Shown here one piece after another: positions 18,157 through 27,414 of a stretch of 64,000 nt of DNA (position 1 is its first letter; each line of letters opens with the position of its first letter). The notes under the pieces were generated by a model. That model saw only the letters and a program-made list of their open reading frames with translations. It made no database searches and was not told where the DNA came from. The stretch is from Gemmatimonadota bacterium. GTDB lineage: Bacteria; Gemmatimonadota; Gemmatimonadetes; Palauibacterales; Palauibacteraceae. The translations under genes and the position numbers were made by a program. Where the stretch lies: positions 3,864 to 67,863 of the forward strand of contig JBDHAD010000006.1 of NCBI GenBank assembly GCA_039588215.1, written 5' to 3'.

Positions 18157-19389
18157 ATGCTGGCGGCGATCATAACCGCCGTTTCTGTGGCGTTTCTGGC
18201 TCAGCTCGCCGCTGCCCATACGCGAACCGTGCGAGCGTTCCGCCGGCGGGCGGCCGAGCGTCCCGAGCCACTTTCCGCATATCCGCCAGTTACGGTCATC
18301 CGACCCGTGAAGGGGACGGATGTGGAGCAAGCGGAGAACTTCCGCGCGGCTCTCGACACGGGGTATCCCGGCGAGGTCGAGACCACCTTCGTGTTCGAGG
18401 ACGAGAATGACCCGGCGTATCCCCTGGCCCGCGACGCGATCGAGGCGCACCGGGCATCGGGAGGTCACGGCAACGCCGGGATCGTGTTCGCGGGGGAGCC
18501 GCCCGCCGGACGCACCGGGAAGATCAACAACATGATCGTCGGGGTCGCGGGGGCCACGGGTGAGTTCATCGCCTTCGGAGACTCCGATAGCCGACCGGAC
18601 AAGGAAGTGCTCCGTAACGTGATCGAGCACCTCGTCGGGGACGCGAGCGCGGGCGCGGGCTTCGCGCCGCCCATCACGCCCGGCCCTATCCGCACGGCCG
18701 GAGATGTCGGGCACGATGTCGTCCTGAACGCCCTCCTGGTCGCCTACATGGAGGCCCAGATGGGGCGACACAGAGAGCTCCCGTTCCTCATGGGTCAACT
18801 CATGGTGTTCCGGAAAGAGGCGCTGGATGCGATCGGTGGCGTCGAGTGCGCCGATGGACAGCTGGTGGACGACATGTTCCTGGGCGCGCGAATCGTGGAC
18901 GCCGGCTACCGCAACGTCCTGGGGACGCACGCCCTGCACATCATCAACTACGATCTCGGCTTCGGGGAATTCGTCCGCCTATGGCGACGCTGGCTGTTCT
19001 GCGGGCGGGGAGGGATGCCGTTCAGCTTCGTGCGGCCGTTCGTGGCTCGCGCGGTGAGCACCTTCCTGGCGCTCGGGTTCGCCGTCGCAGCGCTAACGGT
19101 CGGGCCCGCCTGGGCTGCCGCGCTGCCGGCATTCCTGCTGCTCTGCGAGGGCCTCCACTACATACGGCTCCACCGTCTTCAGGGAGGGGCGCCGGTGCCG
19201 TTCAGGTACGCGTGGATGGCCTGGATGCCGTACGTGATGACGATCCCGATCGGCATCTCCATGCTGCTAAAGCCGGAGCTGGACTGGCGCGGCCACACCT
19301 ACCGCGTGGACTTCGACGCGAAGCTGGCCGGCTCGACGCGCGAACGGCCTACGGCGACGGAAACCGGCTCCGGTCCAGCCCTGGAATGA
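18157..19389 (+). CDS. GT21-family glycosyltransferase (ceramide glucosyltransferase-like)
   Basis: N-terminal TM segment, then PPVTVIRPVKGTD ... GKINNMIVGV ... IAFGDSDSRPD. From memory this parallels human UGCG (PGVSLLKPLKGVD ... PKINNL ... CDSGI). ATG 18157 has GGGAG upstream. The 3' end overlaps the convergent amidohydrolase gene by 41 bp. Confidence 0.75.
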   Translation: MLAAIITAVSVAFLAQLAAAHTRTVRAFRRRAAERPEPLSAYPPVTVIRPVKGTDVEQAENFRAALDTGYPGEVETTFVFEDENDPAYPLARDAIEAHRASGGHGNAGIVFAGEPPAGRTGKINNMIVGVAGATGEFIAFGDSDSRPDKEVLRNVIEHLVGDASAGAGFAPPITPGPIRTAGDVGHDVVLNALLVAYMEAQMGRHRELPFLMGQLMVFRKEALDAIGGVECADGQLVDDMFLGARIVDAGYRNVLGTHALHIINYDLGFGEFVRLWRRWLFCGRGGMPFSFVRPFVARAVSTFLALGFAVAALTVGPAWAAALPAFLLLCEGLHYIRLHRLQGGAPVPFRYAWMAWMPYVMTIPIGISMLLKPELDWRGHTYRVDFDAKLAGSTRERPTATETGSGPALE

Positions 19390-20536
19390 TCCTCAGCGCG
19401 TTCTCGTAGTAGACCTTTCGGAGCACCTCGTCGGGCAGCGCCAATCCGTACATCTTCCAAAACGCGTGGTACTTACGGTAGTAGTCGAAGTACTCGTCCT
19501 CGGTCTCGAGAACCCGGAAGTAGACCGGGTATTCCTCGGGGATCCACGCATCCTTCCCGATGAGGATCCGGTCCTGATAGCGCTCGAAGAAGGCTCTCGC
19601 GGCCCGCGGCTGTCGGCCAGGCTCGTAGATTACCGCCCCGAGCCCGACGTTCATGTTGGGCAGCTCGTCCAGTAGCTGTCCCAGGCGCCCCAGCTCGTTG
19701 CCCATCCATGCGAGGTGCGCGGCGATGAATGTCGTGCCGGGGTGCTTGCGAAAGATGTTCAACTGTTCGGAGATGAGCTGCTCCCACGAGGGCTCCGGCG
19801 GGCGCTTTCGTCTCGGACGCAGCTTGAGCTCCAGCCAGCGCTCGTTCAGGCTGTCCTGCGGCTGCCAGAACTCGGCCGGGTCGGCTGTGTGGATGAGCAC
19901 GGGTATCTCCAGCTCGCCCGCCTTGGCCCACACCGGGTCGATCCTCGGGTCATCGACCGGGACTCGCGCGCCCGACGCATCCGTGATCCACATCCCCAAG
20001 CTCTTGAAGATCTTGAGCCCGCGAGCGCCGGCTCGAACGTCCTCCTCCAGGCGGGTCGCGGCGAGGGTGCCGAACTCGGGATCATCGATCGTGCTGAAAT
20101 CCACGTTCGCGAAGACCACGAATCGTCCCGGGTATGCGCTCTCCAGGTTCTGGATCTGACTCGCGAGCCGCTCGCCGTTGCCGCCGCTCAGGTTCACGCC
20201 TACCGCCAGGTTCAGGCGGTCCATCGCCGCCACCATGGCGTCGAGCGAATCGCGCGACATGCGACCGTTGATGTGGAGGTGCACATCCACGAACGGAAAC
20301 CTGGCGCGTGGGATCGAATGCTCGGGTACGACGAGCGTCGAACGCGGCTCGTACGCCGCAACGGTCATGTCCGGCACGCTGTCCGTGGCGGGCGGCGGCG
20401 GGCCCCTCCAGCGCCGTGATTCCTGAGCCGCGGAGGACGAGGTGAGGGTGGCCAGCCCGCACGCGACCAGCAACAGCCCTCGCGCCATCGCACCACGTAG
20501 AATCGGGTAAACCGCGTTCGTTTCTTGTCGTCGCAT
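19349..20536 (-). CDS. Amidohydrolase-2 / TIM-barrel metal-dependent hydrolase family protein (secreted)
   Basis: FVDVHLHINGR metal-binding start and a signal-like MARGLLLVACGLATLTSSSAAQ. The start is uncertain between ATG 20534-20536 and ATG 20486-20488. Confidence 0.65.
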   Translation of the reverse strand: MRRQETNAVYPILRGAMARGLLLVACGLATLTSSSAAQESRRWRGPPPPATDSVPDMTVAAYEPRSTLVVPEHSIPRARFPFVDVHLHINGRMSRDSLDAMVAAMDRLNLAVGVNLSGGNGERLASQIQNLESAYPGRFVVFANVDFSTIDDPEFGTLAATRLEEDVRAGARGLKIFKSLGMWITDASGARVPVDDPRIDPVWAKAGELEIPVLIHTADPAEFWQPQDSLNERWLELKLRPRRKRPPEPSWEQLISEQLNIFRKHPGTTFIAAHLAWMGNELGRLGQLLDELPNMNVGLGAVIYEPGRQPRAARAFFERYQDRILIGKDAWIPEEYPVYFRVLETEDEYFDYYRKYHAFWKMYGLALPDEVLRKVYYENALRIIPGLDRSRFPSP

Positions 20537-20762
20537 GGCGGTTCGGTTTTCGATTGCCGGCTCGGGTCTCGGTTCGGCCTCGCCCGTCCCTCTGGGTCGA
20601 GAATCGGAGAATCATGCTGACCCGCGGTCGATGATGACACCCCATGGGGGCCCGGGAGTCCCGCCCATGCCGAGCGCACCGGGGTGAGGCCCACGCGGCG
20701 GGCCCGAATCGGGCGTGTTGCCACCGATCGACGGCTCGCCGCTTGCAGATCAATACTGCGTT

Positions 20763-21284
20763 ATGGATCTGACCGATCAGAGGCCGCTCCGAGACGGGCT
20801 GTCGGACGCGTGGTCGCCGCCGCCGGTCGTTCGCCAGGCCATCGCCCTCGGGCTGGGCGTCTACGTCGTCTGGCTCGCGGTCGCGTATCGATACCACTTC
20901 ATCGATGGCGTGAACCTGCTCATCCACGAGGCGGGCCACGTCTTCTTCGGGTTCTTTGGCGATGTGCTCGGCACGGCGGGCGGGACGCTGCTTCAACTCC
21001 TCTTCCCGATCGCCTTCGTCATCTACTTCTGGCGGCGTGCGCAGCGTTTCGAGGCGGGCATCTTAGGAGTGTGGGCCTCCGAGAGCGCCATGTACACGGC
21101 CGAGTACATGGCCGATGCGCAGGCGCAGGCGCTTCCGCTCGTGGGGGGGCACATCCACGACTGGAATTGGCTTCTCAGCCGTGCGGGGCTCCTGGGGGCG
21201 TGTGAGGAGCTGGGCGCACTCCTCCACATCACCGCGAGCGCAGTCGCGATCGGTGCCGTGTGGTTCGTGGCGCGGGAAGCCTGA
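20763..21284 (+). CDS. Small membrane protein with HExxH motif (putative zincin-like, unknown family)
   Basis: Hydrophobic ORF with LLIHEAGHVFFGF embedded in predicted TM segments. The start is uncertain between GTG 20715 and ATG 20763. Confidence 0.45.
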   Translation: MDLTDQRPLRDGLSDAWSPPPVVRQAIALGLGVYVVWLAVAYRYHFIDGVNLLIHEAGHVFFGFFGDVLGTAGGTLLQLLFPIAFVIYFWRRAQRFEAGILGVWASESAMYTAEYMADAQAQALPLVGGHIHDWNWLLSRAGLLGACEELGALLHITASAVAIGAVWFVAREA

Positions 21285-21315
21285 TCCCGTCCATGAGGAT
21301 CCGAGCGGCGAGCGA

Positions 21316-23244
21316 TCAGCGGTCCTCACTGACCCTGGCCCAGGCGGTACGCCAGATCTCCGCCACCCTGGCCTCATGCGCCGGGCTCTCCCGAACCCGG
21401 TCGAACAGCCCTCCGTCATACAGGCGGAAATCGACGCCGTTGGGGGAAAGCACGAAGGCATGGTCGTGCCACTCGAGCGACGCCGCCGAATCGCCAATCC
21501 AGGCGAAGTAGATCGCAAGATCTTCCGCCAGCTGCGAGCGGGTGATGTCGCTCATCGCGCGGCTCGCGGCAGCCTCCCGGGCGATCCGAGCCACGGAATC
21601 GATCGCTGCAGCCGCCTCCTCTTCGCGCCCAGCTGAGTGGAGGCAAAGCGCTCGTACGGCCGCGAGGCCCTCCAGGTCCTGACGAAGACACTCCTCCGGT
21701 CGCTCCAGGAGCAGCAAGGTGTACGCGATGAGGACCTTGGGCAGGGTGAGGCTCGGCTGGAGAGCAAGCGCGTTGCGCGCTTCGTCCAGGGCGAGCGCGT
21801 ATTCGCGGGCCGCGATGGCATCTAGGGCGAACCCGATTCGCCGGCCCGGTGCGATCGGGTCCAGCTCGATCGCGCGCTGCGCCTGCGCGAGTGCCTCCGC
21901 GTGGCGTCCCGCCCTCGCCAGGATGTGCGCGTACCACCCCCGCATGTCCGCCGAGTTCGGCCGCAGCTCCACGGCGCGCTCGAAATCCGCCAGCACCTGG
22001 GTGGCCGGGGCACCCGCCTTCGTAGCCACGTAGCTGCGGGCGCCGTACGCCTCCGCCAGCTCTGGATCGAGCTCCAGAGCCGTGCTCGCCAGATCGAGCG
22101 CGCTGGCGAAGCGCTCATAGGGACCGAGATCGAGATCGTACCCGTACGTGATCGAGAGGCCGTACGCCGAGCTCAGACCTGCGTACGCGGGGGCGAAGGA
22201 CGGATCGATCTTCACCGCCTCGCGGAACCCGGCGATCGCCTGCTCGAGCGCCTCTTCAGTGCGGGCGTGAATGGCTCGCCGCGCCCTCAGGTACGCCTCA
22301 TAGGCGTCTGTGTGAGTGGTGCGGGAAGCCCTCCCGATCTGGCTCAGCTGGGCCACGTTCTCGACGAGCGCGGAGCTCACCCGTCCGGCGATCTCATCCT
22401 GAAGGTCGAAGATGTTCTCCTTCGGCCGCGTGTACGTGTCCGCCCACAGGATCGCGTCGGTCGCCGCAGCCAGCAGCTCGACCGTGACTCGCAGCTGGTC
22501 ATCTGCTTCGCGGATGCTACCCACGAGCACGTGCTCGACACCCAGGGTATCCCCGATCTGTGGCAGGCTGAGGTTCGTGCCCCGGAGTGCGACCACAGAG
22601 GTGCGCGAGATGACCTTCAAGCCTTCGATGCGGGCGAGCTGAGCGATGACTTCTTCCGTGAACCCATCACTCAGATTCCCCTCGTCGGCGCCCCCGAGAT
22701 TGTCGAATGGCATGACCGCGACCGACGCGGCGTACTCACCGCGTGACCCGCGAGCGCCGCCGGCGCCAGCCACGACGGCCTTGCCCCCGCTGATCGAGGC
22801 CTCGGACCCCACGCCCGTGTTCCCCAATCCGAGCAGGACCCAGCCAGCCGTGACGATCCCCAACAGAGCGAAGGCGGCCACGCCCCCCAGCAGCGCGTTC
22901 CGCCAAGAGAGTAAGCGACGGGCGCCGGTAGGTGGCTGCCAGCCTGCGCGGGCCTCCGGTCTCTCGGCACCGGATGGGGCCTCGGAGGATGAAAGTTCTC
23001 CCCCCGCGTCGGTCATCGCGCGGGGCGGCGCGCTTCTCTGGATGACCGCGGTGGCCACGACGATCGGGAGGCCGATGATGAGCAGGAACAGGGCGAGTGA
23101 CGGGGCCCATGGCGGTAGGTTCAACGCGCCGGCGAGCGTGTCCACGACCTGGAGGACCAGCCACCCACCGACCAGGTAGATGCCGAGCACCTGCCAGGCG
23201 GAATGGCGGTGGATCTCTCGAATCAGCTGCTTGAGACGGGACAT
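21316..23244 (-). CDS. TPR repeat protein with N-terminal TM region and TolB-N-like module (paralogous to the kinase ectodomain)
   Basis: MSRLKQLIREIHRHSAWQVLGIYLVGGWLVLQV membrane anchor, then VAVMPFDNLGGADEGNLSDGFTEEVIAQLARIEGLKVISRTS and TPR repeats. ATG at 23242-23244; the track start at 23250 is GTG. Confidence 0.75.
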   Translation of the reverse strand: MSRLKQLIREIHRHSAWQVLGIYLVGGWLVLQVVDTLAGALNLPPWAPSLALFLLIIGLPIVVATAVIQRSAPPRAMTDAGGELSSSEAPSGAERPEARAGWQPPTGARRLLSWRNALLGGVAAFALLGIVTAGWVLLGLGNTGVGSEASISGGKAVVAGAGGARGSRGEYAASVAVMPFDNLGGADEGNLSDGFTEEVIAQLARIEGLKVISRTSVVALRGTNLSLPQIGDTLGVEHVLVGSIREADDQLRVTVELLAAATDAILWADTYTRPKENIFDLQDEIAGRVSSALVENVAQLSQIGRASRTTHTDAYEAYLRARRAIHARTEEALEQAIAGFREAVKIDPSFAPAYAGLSSAYGLSITYGYDLDLGPYERFASALDLASTALELDPELAEAYGARSYVATKAGAPATQVLADFERAVELRPNSADMRGWYAHILARAGRHAEALAQAQRAIELDPIAPGRRIGFALDAIAAREYALALDEARNALALQPSLTLPKVLIAYTLLLLERPEECLRQDLEGLAAVRALCLHSAGREEEAAAAIDSVARIAREAAASRAMSDITRSQLAEDLAIYFAWIGDSAASLEWHDHAFVLSPNGVDFRLYDGGLFDRVRESPAHEARVAEIWRTAWARVSEDR

Positions 23245-23502
23245 CACCACTCCGCGTCAGTGCGCCGAGGCCAACGACTGGCAGAGGAAACTGACCGGTG
23301 GCCCTGACTCCAGCAAGCCAAGCGATACGACCGCGAGCCGGTCCGTGCACTGCTGCTGCAGAGCTTCGACGCTTCGTGGCGCCGGCGAAGAAGAGCCGGG
23401 GGACCGCTTTTTGAGACGCCGGAACCCGCGTAGACTCCTTCCAGCCGTGATCGTGCCTCACCGCGGCCCCGACCCGTGAACAGTCGAGGAGAGACGACAC
23501 TC

Positions 23503-25200
23503 ATGAGCGACAGCCACGCGCCCGCCATGATCCAGCAGCACTCGGCTTTCTGTGCCCTCCGCGTCTTGCGTGCCCTCCGCGTCTTGCGTGCCCTCCGCCA
23601 CGCTGCCTCAGTGCCTGCGTTCGTGGTGCCGTTTCTGGTCGCTGGCGCTTCGACCGCTTGTGCTCGAGCGCCTTCCTCGAGCGACGACCTCCAGACGCGC
23701 GCCGAACGAACGAGCTTCCGGGAGACCAGCTCCTACGCCGACGTCGTGACGTTCATGGAACGTGCTGCGGCCGCGCACCCCATGCTCCACTTCACGACGT
23801 TCGGGTACACGTTCGAGGGCCGGGCTCTGCCGCTGGTCGTGGTTGGGGACGTGGCAAGTGCCGACCCGGCGACCGTCCGCGCCTCGGGGAAGACGGTCGT
23901 GTACCTGCAGGGCAACATCCACGCGGGGGAGGTTTGCGGGAAAGAGGCGCTGCAGATCCTTCTCCGCGACGTGGTTGAAGGCCGGCACCAACAGTGGACT
24001 GCGTCGATGGTGCTTCTGGTGGCCCCGATCTACAACGCGGACGGGAACGAGCGCGTGGCCCTCACGAACCGGGGTCGCCAGAACGGCCCGATCGGGGGCA
24101 TGGGGCAACGGCCCAACGCGCAGGGCTACGACTTGAATCGCGACCACATGAAGCTGGACTCGCCCGAAGCGCGGTCGCTAGCCAGGCTGTTCACGGAATA
24201 CGATCCGCACGTGGCGCTCGACCTGCACACCACGAACGGAACCCGCCACGCGTACCACATCACGTACGCCCCACCCCTGCACCCGAACACTCCCGTCGCC
24301 ATCGACCGGCTGCTCCGGGAAGAGCTCCTGCCCCACCTGACCGACGAGATTCGGGAGAAGCATGGTTGGGAGTACTACTACTACGGCAACGCGTTCGCCC
24401 CGCAGGGAGCGGAGGAGCGGGGATGGTACACGTTCGATCATCGCCCCCGCTTCAACAGCAACTACATCGGGCTCCGCAATCGCCTCGCGCTCCTGAGCGA
24501 AGCGTACTCGTACGCGACCTTCGAGGAGCGTGTCCTGGCGACGCTCTACTTCGTCGAGGAGACCTTGGACTACGTCCACGAGCACGGCGAGCAGATCCGG
24601 GCCGTCACAGTCGCAGAGGACGCCCGCTCACTCGTGGGTGGCTCTTTGGCGCTGCGTGTGACCCGCGCTCGCTCGGATGAGCCCGTGGACATCCTGATGG
24701 GCGAGGTGGAGGAGATGCGCCACCCGCTCACGGGCAGACCGCTGCTCCAGAGGCGCGAGGGTCAGCGAACCGAGACGATGAACGAGTACGGGACGTTCGC
24801 GCCCAGCGAGTGGGAGACGGTCCCCGCCGGTTATCTGATCCCACCCGAGCTGGACGAGGTGATCGTCCGATTGCAGGCCCACGGAGTACGCATGGAGTCG
24901 AGAGTTGCTGGTACGGCGACCGTCGAGGGCGAGGTGTTCCAGATCGACTCGGTGACCACCGCCGAGCGCGTGTTCCAGGGCCACAACGAGCAGACCTTGT
25001 TCGGACGATACGAATCTCGAGAGATGCCCGTCGCGGAGGGCAGCTGGTGGGTGCCAGCAGATCAACCGCTCGGAAGGCTCATCTTCTCTCTGCTCGAGCC
25101 ACGCTCGGACGATGGACTCGCGGCCTGGGGTTTCCTCGCGGAGCACATCGAGGACGGCGGTACGTATCCGATCCTGCGTGCCCACGCGCCGATTCGCTGA
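23503..25200 (+). CDS. M14 family zinc carboxypeptidase (secreted)
   Basis: VVYLQGNIHAGEVCGKE (HxxE zinc site), YDLNRDHMKLDSPEARS and LDLHTTNG. ATG 23503 is preceded by GAGGAGAG; the track start at 23476 is GTG. Confidence 0.85.
   Translation: MSDSHAPAMIQQHSAFCALRVLRALRVLRALRHAASVPAFVVPFLVAGASTACARAPSSSDDLQTRAERTSFRETSSYADVVTFMERAAAAHPMLHFTTFGYTFEGRALPLVVVGDVASADPATVRASGKTVVYLQGNIHAGEVCGKEALQILLRDVVEGRHQQWTASMVLLVAPIYNADGNERVALTNRGRQNGPIGGMGQRPNAQGYDLNRDHMKLDSPEARSLARLFTEYDPHVALDLHTTNGTRHAYHITYAPPLHPNTPVAIDRLLREELLPHLTDEIREKHGWEYYYYGNAFAPQGAEERGWYTFDHRPRFNSNYIGLRNRLALLSEAYSYATFEERVLATLYFVEETLDYVHEHGEQIRAVTVAEDARSLVGGSLALRVTRARSDEPVDILMGEVEEMRHPLTGRPLLQRREGQRTETMNEYGTFAPSEWETVPAGYLIPPELDEVIVRLQAHGVRMESRVAGTATVEGEVFQIDSVTTAERVFQGHNEQTLFGRYESREMPVAEGSWWVPADQPLGRLIFSLLEPRSDDGLAAWGFLAEHIEDGGTYPILRAHAPIR
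23553..23598 (+). repeat. Perfect 18-bp tandem repeat, about 2.6 copies, in-frame in the 5' end of the M14 peptidase gene
   Basis: tgccctccgcgtcttgcg occurs at 23553-23570 and 23571-23588, followed by a partial copy tgccctccgc at 23589-23598. It encodes ALRVLR ALRVLR ALR. Confidence 0.95.
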
Positions 25201-25266
25201 GCGTTTCGAGCCAATCCTGGGCGGCTGAAGGGCCGCCTCGATGCGAACACTAATCACGGAGAGCGG

Positions 25267-25971
25267 ATGATGAACCTGAAGGGTACAGTCGCACTGGTAA
25301 CGGGTGGAAGCGAAGGTATCGGCTGGGCCATCGCAGAGGCCTTGAAGGCGGAGGGCGCCAAGGTCACGATCACGGGCCGCCGCGCGGACGTCCTGCGCGA
25401 TGCCGCCCGCGAGCTTGGGGTGGACCACATCGCCGGCGACGTGGGCAGTGAGACCGATGCCGTGCGTACCGTTGCCACGGTCGTGGAAAAGCACGGTCGG
25501 CTCGACATGCTCGTCAACAACGCCGGTTTCGGAATCTTCAAGCCACTGGTCGAGATGCAGCTCGGAGAGCTGGAAAGCGTGTATCACACGAATGTTTTCG
25601 GTGCGTTCCTGATGGCGCGGGAGGCCGCGCGTCAGTTCATTAAGCAGGGCGGCGGCGAGCTGATCAACATCTCGTCCACGTCGGGCCTAAAGGGAGGACG
25701 CGGTAGCACCGCCTACAGCTCGTCCAAGTTCGCGCTCAGGGGCATGACGGAGTGTTGGCGAGATGAGCTACGTCGTCACGACGTTCGCGTCATGCTCGTG
25801 AACCCGAGCGAGGTCGTGACGGAGTTCGCCTCCAAGGCGGGGTATACGCGGGACGATTCCCCAAAGAAGCTGCGGCCGGCCGAGATCGCCGACGCCATCG
25901 TGGGCGCTCTCAAGATCGATGACCGCGGCTTCATCCCCGAGTTCTCGGTGTTCGCCACGAACCCGTTCTAG
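25267..25971 (+). CDS. SDR family oxidoreductase
   Basis: VALVTGGSEGIGWAIAEAL (TGxxxGxG), NNAG, and YSSSKFALRG (YxxxK). Confidence 0.9.
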   Translation: MMNLKGTVALVTGGSEGIGWAIAEALKAEGAKVTITGRRADVLRDAARELGVDHIAGDVGSETDAVRTVATVVEKHGRLDMLVNNAGFGIFKPLVEMQLGELESVYHTNVFGAFLMAREAARQFIKQGGGELINISSTSGLKGGRGSTAYSSSKFALRGMTECWRDELRRHDVRVMLVNPSEVVTEFASKAGYTRDDSPKKLRPAEIADAIVGALKIDDRGFIPEFSVFATNPF

Positions 25972-25978
25972 CTCGCGC

Positions 25979-26593
25979 ATGGCCGTTTCCTGCATTCGCT
26001 GCGGTCGTCATTACGACGTCACGCTGTTTCAATTCGGACGCACCATCATGTGCGCCTGTGGGGAGCGGGTCGCGCGGGACGTGGAAGAGCGCACCCTCGC
26101 GCCCCCCTCGAAGCCCCGATTCTACTGCGATGCCATGCTGGGGCGGCTGGCCCGCTGGCTGCGAGCCCTAGGGTTCGACACGGCGTTCGATGCCGGGATC
26201 ACCGATACCGATCTCGTGCGGCGGGCATGGGAGGAGGAGCGCTGGATTCTCACGTGCGACCGGCGTCTACAGGAGGAGTGGCGCGTGAGCGGCTGTCTGG
26301 TGCTGCGGGGGGAGGAACCGCTCACGCGACTCGAGGAAGTCCTGTCACACTTCGGGGTCGAGGAGCCCAAATGTGTGTTCACCCGCTGTCTCGAGTGTAA
26401 CCAGGTCCTGGAGGCAATCGACGCCAACGGGGTGGAGCGCGTGGAGGTCCAGGTTCCGGAGCGTGTGCGCCGGACGCATCAGGAGTTCTCGTACTGCCCC
26501 GGGTGCGGCCGCATCTACTGGGAAGGCTCCCACACACGCCGGATGAGACGACGGCTGGAGGAGTTCTTCGAGCAGGCTGCGGCTCGGGACTGA
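25979..26593 (+). CDS. Mut7-C RNase domain protein with N-terminal zinc-ribbon
   Basis: From ATG 25979: CIRCGRHYDV...MCACGERV ribbon, then FYCDAMLGRLARWLRALGFDTAF...WILTCDRRL...FTRCLECNQVL...YCPGCGRIYWEGSHTRRM, which matches the Mut7-C (PF01927) pattern as I remember it. It starts 8 nt after the SDR stop. Confidence 0.75.
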   Translation: MAVSCIRCGRHYDVTLFQFGRTIMCACGERVARDVEERTLAPPSKPRFYCDAMLGRLARWLRALGFDTAFDAGITDTDLVRRAWEEERWILTCDRRLQEEWRVSGCLVLRGEEPLTRLEEVLSHFGVEEPKCVFTRCLECNQVLEAIDANGVERVEVQVPERVRRTHQEFSYCPGCGRIYWEGSHTRRMRRRLEEFFEQAAARD

Positions 26594-26690
26594 TTCGGCC
26601 CCCGGGTGGCGACCGCACTTCCACCTGGGGTACTGTGGCACCTTGTCAGATGCGGTGAGACAGCTCCAACCACGTTCAAGGAGATCGGAG

Positions 26691-27275
26691 ATGGCCAGAC
26701 CCGGAATCGCGGTGGTGGGACTATCATTGATGATGGCCAGCGCGCCACCGGTCGTCTCGGCGCAAGGGCGCCCGGACCCGGCCATGCTGATTGCAGCTCA
26801 GCGCGAAGCCATGAGTCAGTTGGCCTTCATGGATGGAGAGTGGAAAGGCTCTGCCTGGACCATGCTACCGTCCGGCGAGAAGCACACACTCACCCAGACG
26901 GAGCGGGTCGGCCCCTTCCTGGACGGAGCGGTCAAAGTCGTCGAGGGGCGTGGCTATGAAGACGACGGCAGCGTCAGCTTCAACGCGTTGGCGATCATTT
27001 CCTATGATCCGAGCACGCGCGCGTACACCATGCGCTCGTACGCACAGGGCCACGCCGGTGATTTCGCCCTCACACCCGTGGCAGACGGCTTCCAATGGGA
27101 GATACCCGCCGGACCCATGACGATACGGTACACGGCGGTCATCAAGGATGGCACCTGGACAGAGGTGGGTGACCGCATCTTGCCCGACAGGGAGCCGATT
27201 CGATTCCTCGAGATGACACTGACCCGCCGGGGCGATACGGACTGGCCGGCTGCGGGGGTGGTCAAGCCGCGGTGA
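26691..27275 (+). CDS. Hypothetical secreted protein (possibly DUF1579-like)
   Basis: AAGGAG is 5 nt upstream of ATG 26691, followed by signal peptide MARPGIAVVGLSLMMASAPPVVSA. The family guess is weak. Confidence 0.4.
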   Translation: MARPGIAVVGLSLMMASAPPVVSAQGRPDPAMLIAAQREAMSQLAFMDGEWKGSAWTMLPSGEKHTLTQTERVGPFLDGAVKVVEGRGYEDDGSVSFNALAIISYDPSTRAYTMRSYAQGHAGDFALTPVADGFQWEIPAGPMTIRYTAVIKDGTWTEVGDRILPDREPIRFLEMTLTRRGDTDWPAAGVVKPR

Positions 27276-27414
27276 AAGGCCACCGTCGACTCCGAAAGTG
27301 AGAGCCAACGGGGTCCCGGCCGACTCGTCTTGCCAGGATCCCTCCCCGAGCAGCGCGGCACGGTCGGCCACTCGCCCGCGCCGGGCGCTTCAAAACGCGT
27401 CCCCAAGAGCGCGC

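Noticed and set aside
19349-19389. 41-bp overlap between the 3' ends of the convergent GT21 and amidohydrolase genes
   Set aside because: It is probably just tail-to-tail overlap, or slightly misjudged C-termini in high-GC DNA. I saw no structure or motif in the overlap.
23553-23598. Possibility that the 18-bp repeats form a mini CRISPR array
   Set aside because: The copies are directly abutting with no spacers, lie in-frame within a coding region, and no cas genes are nearby.
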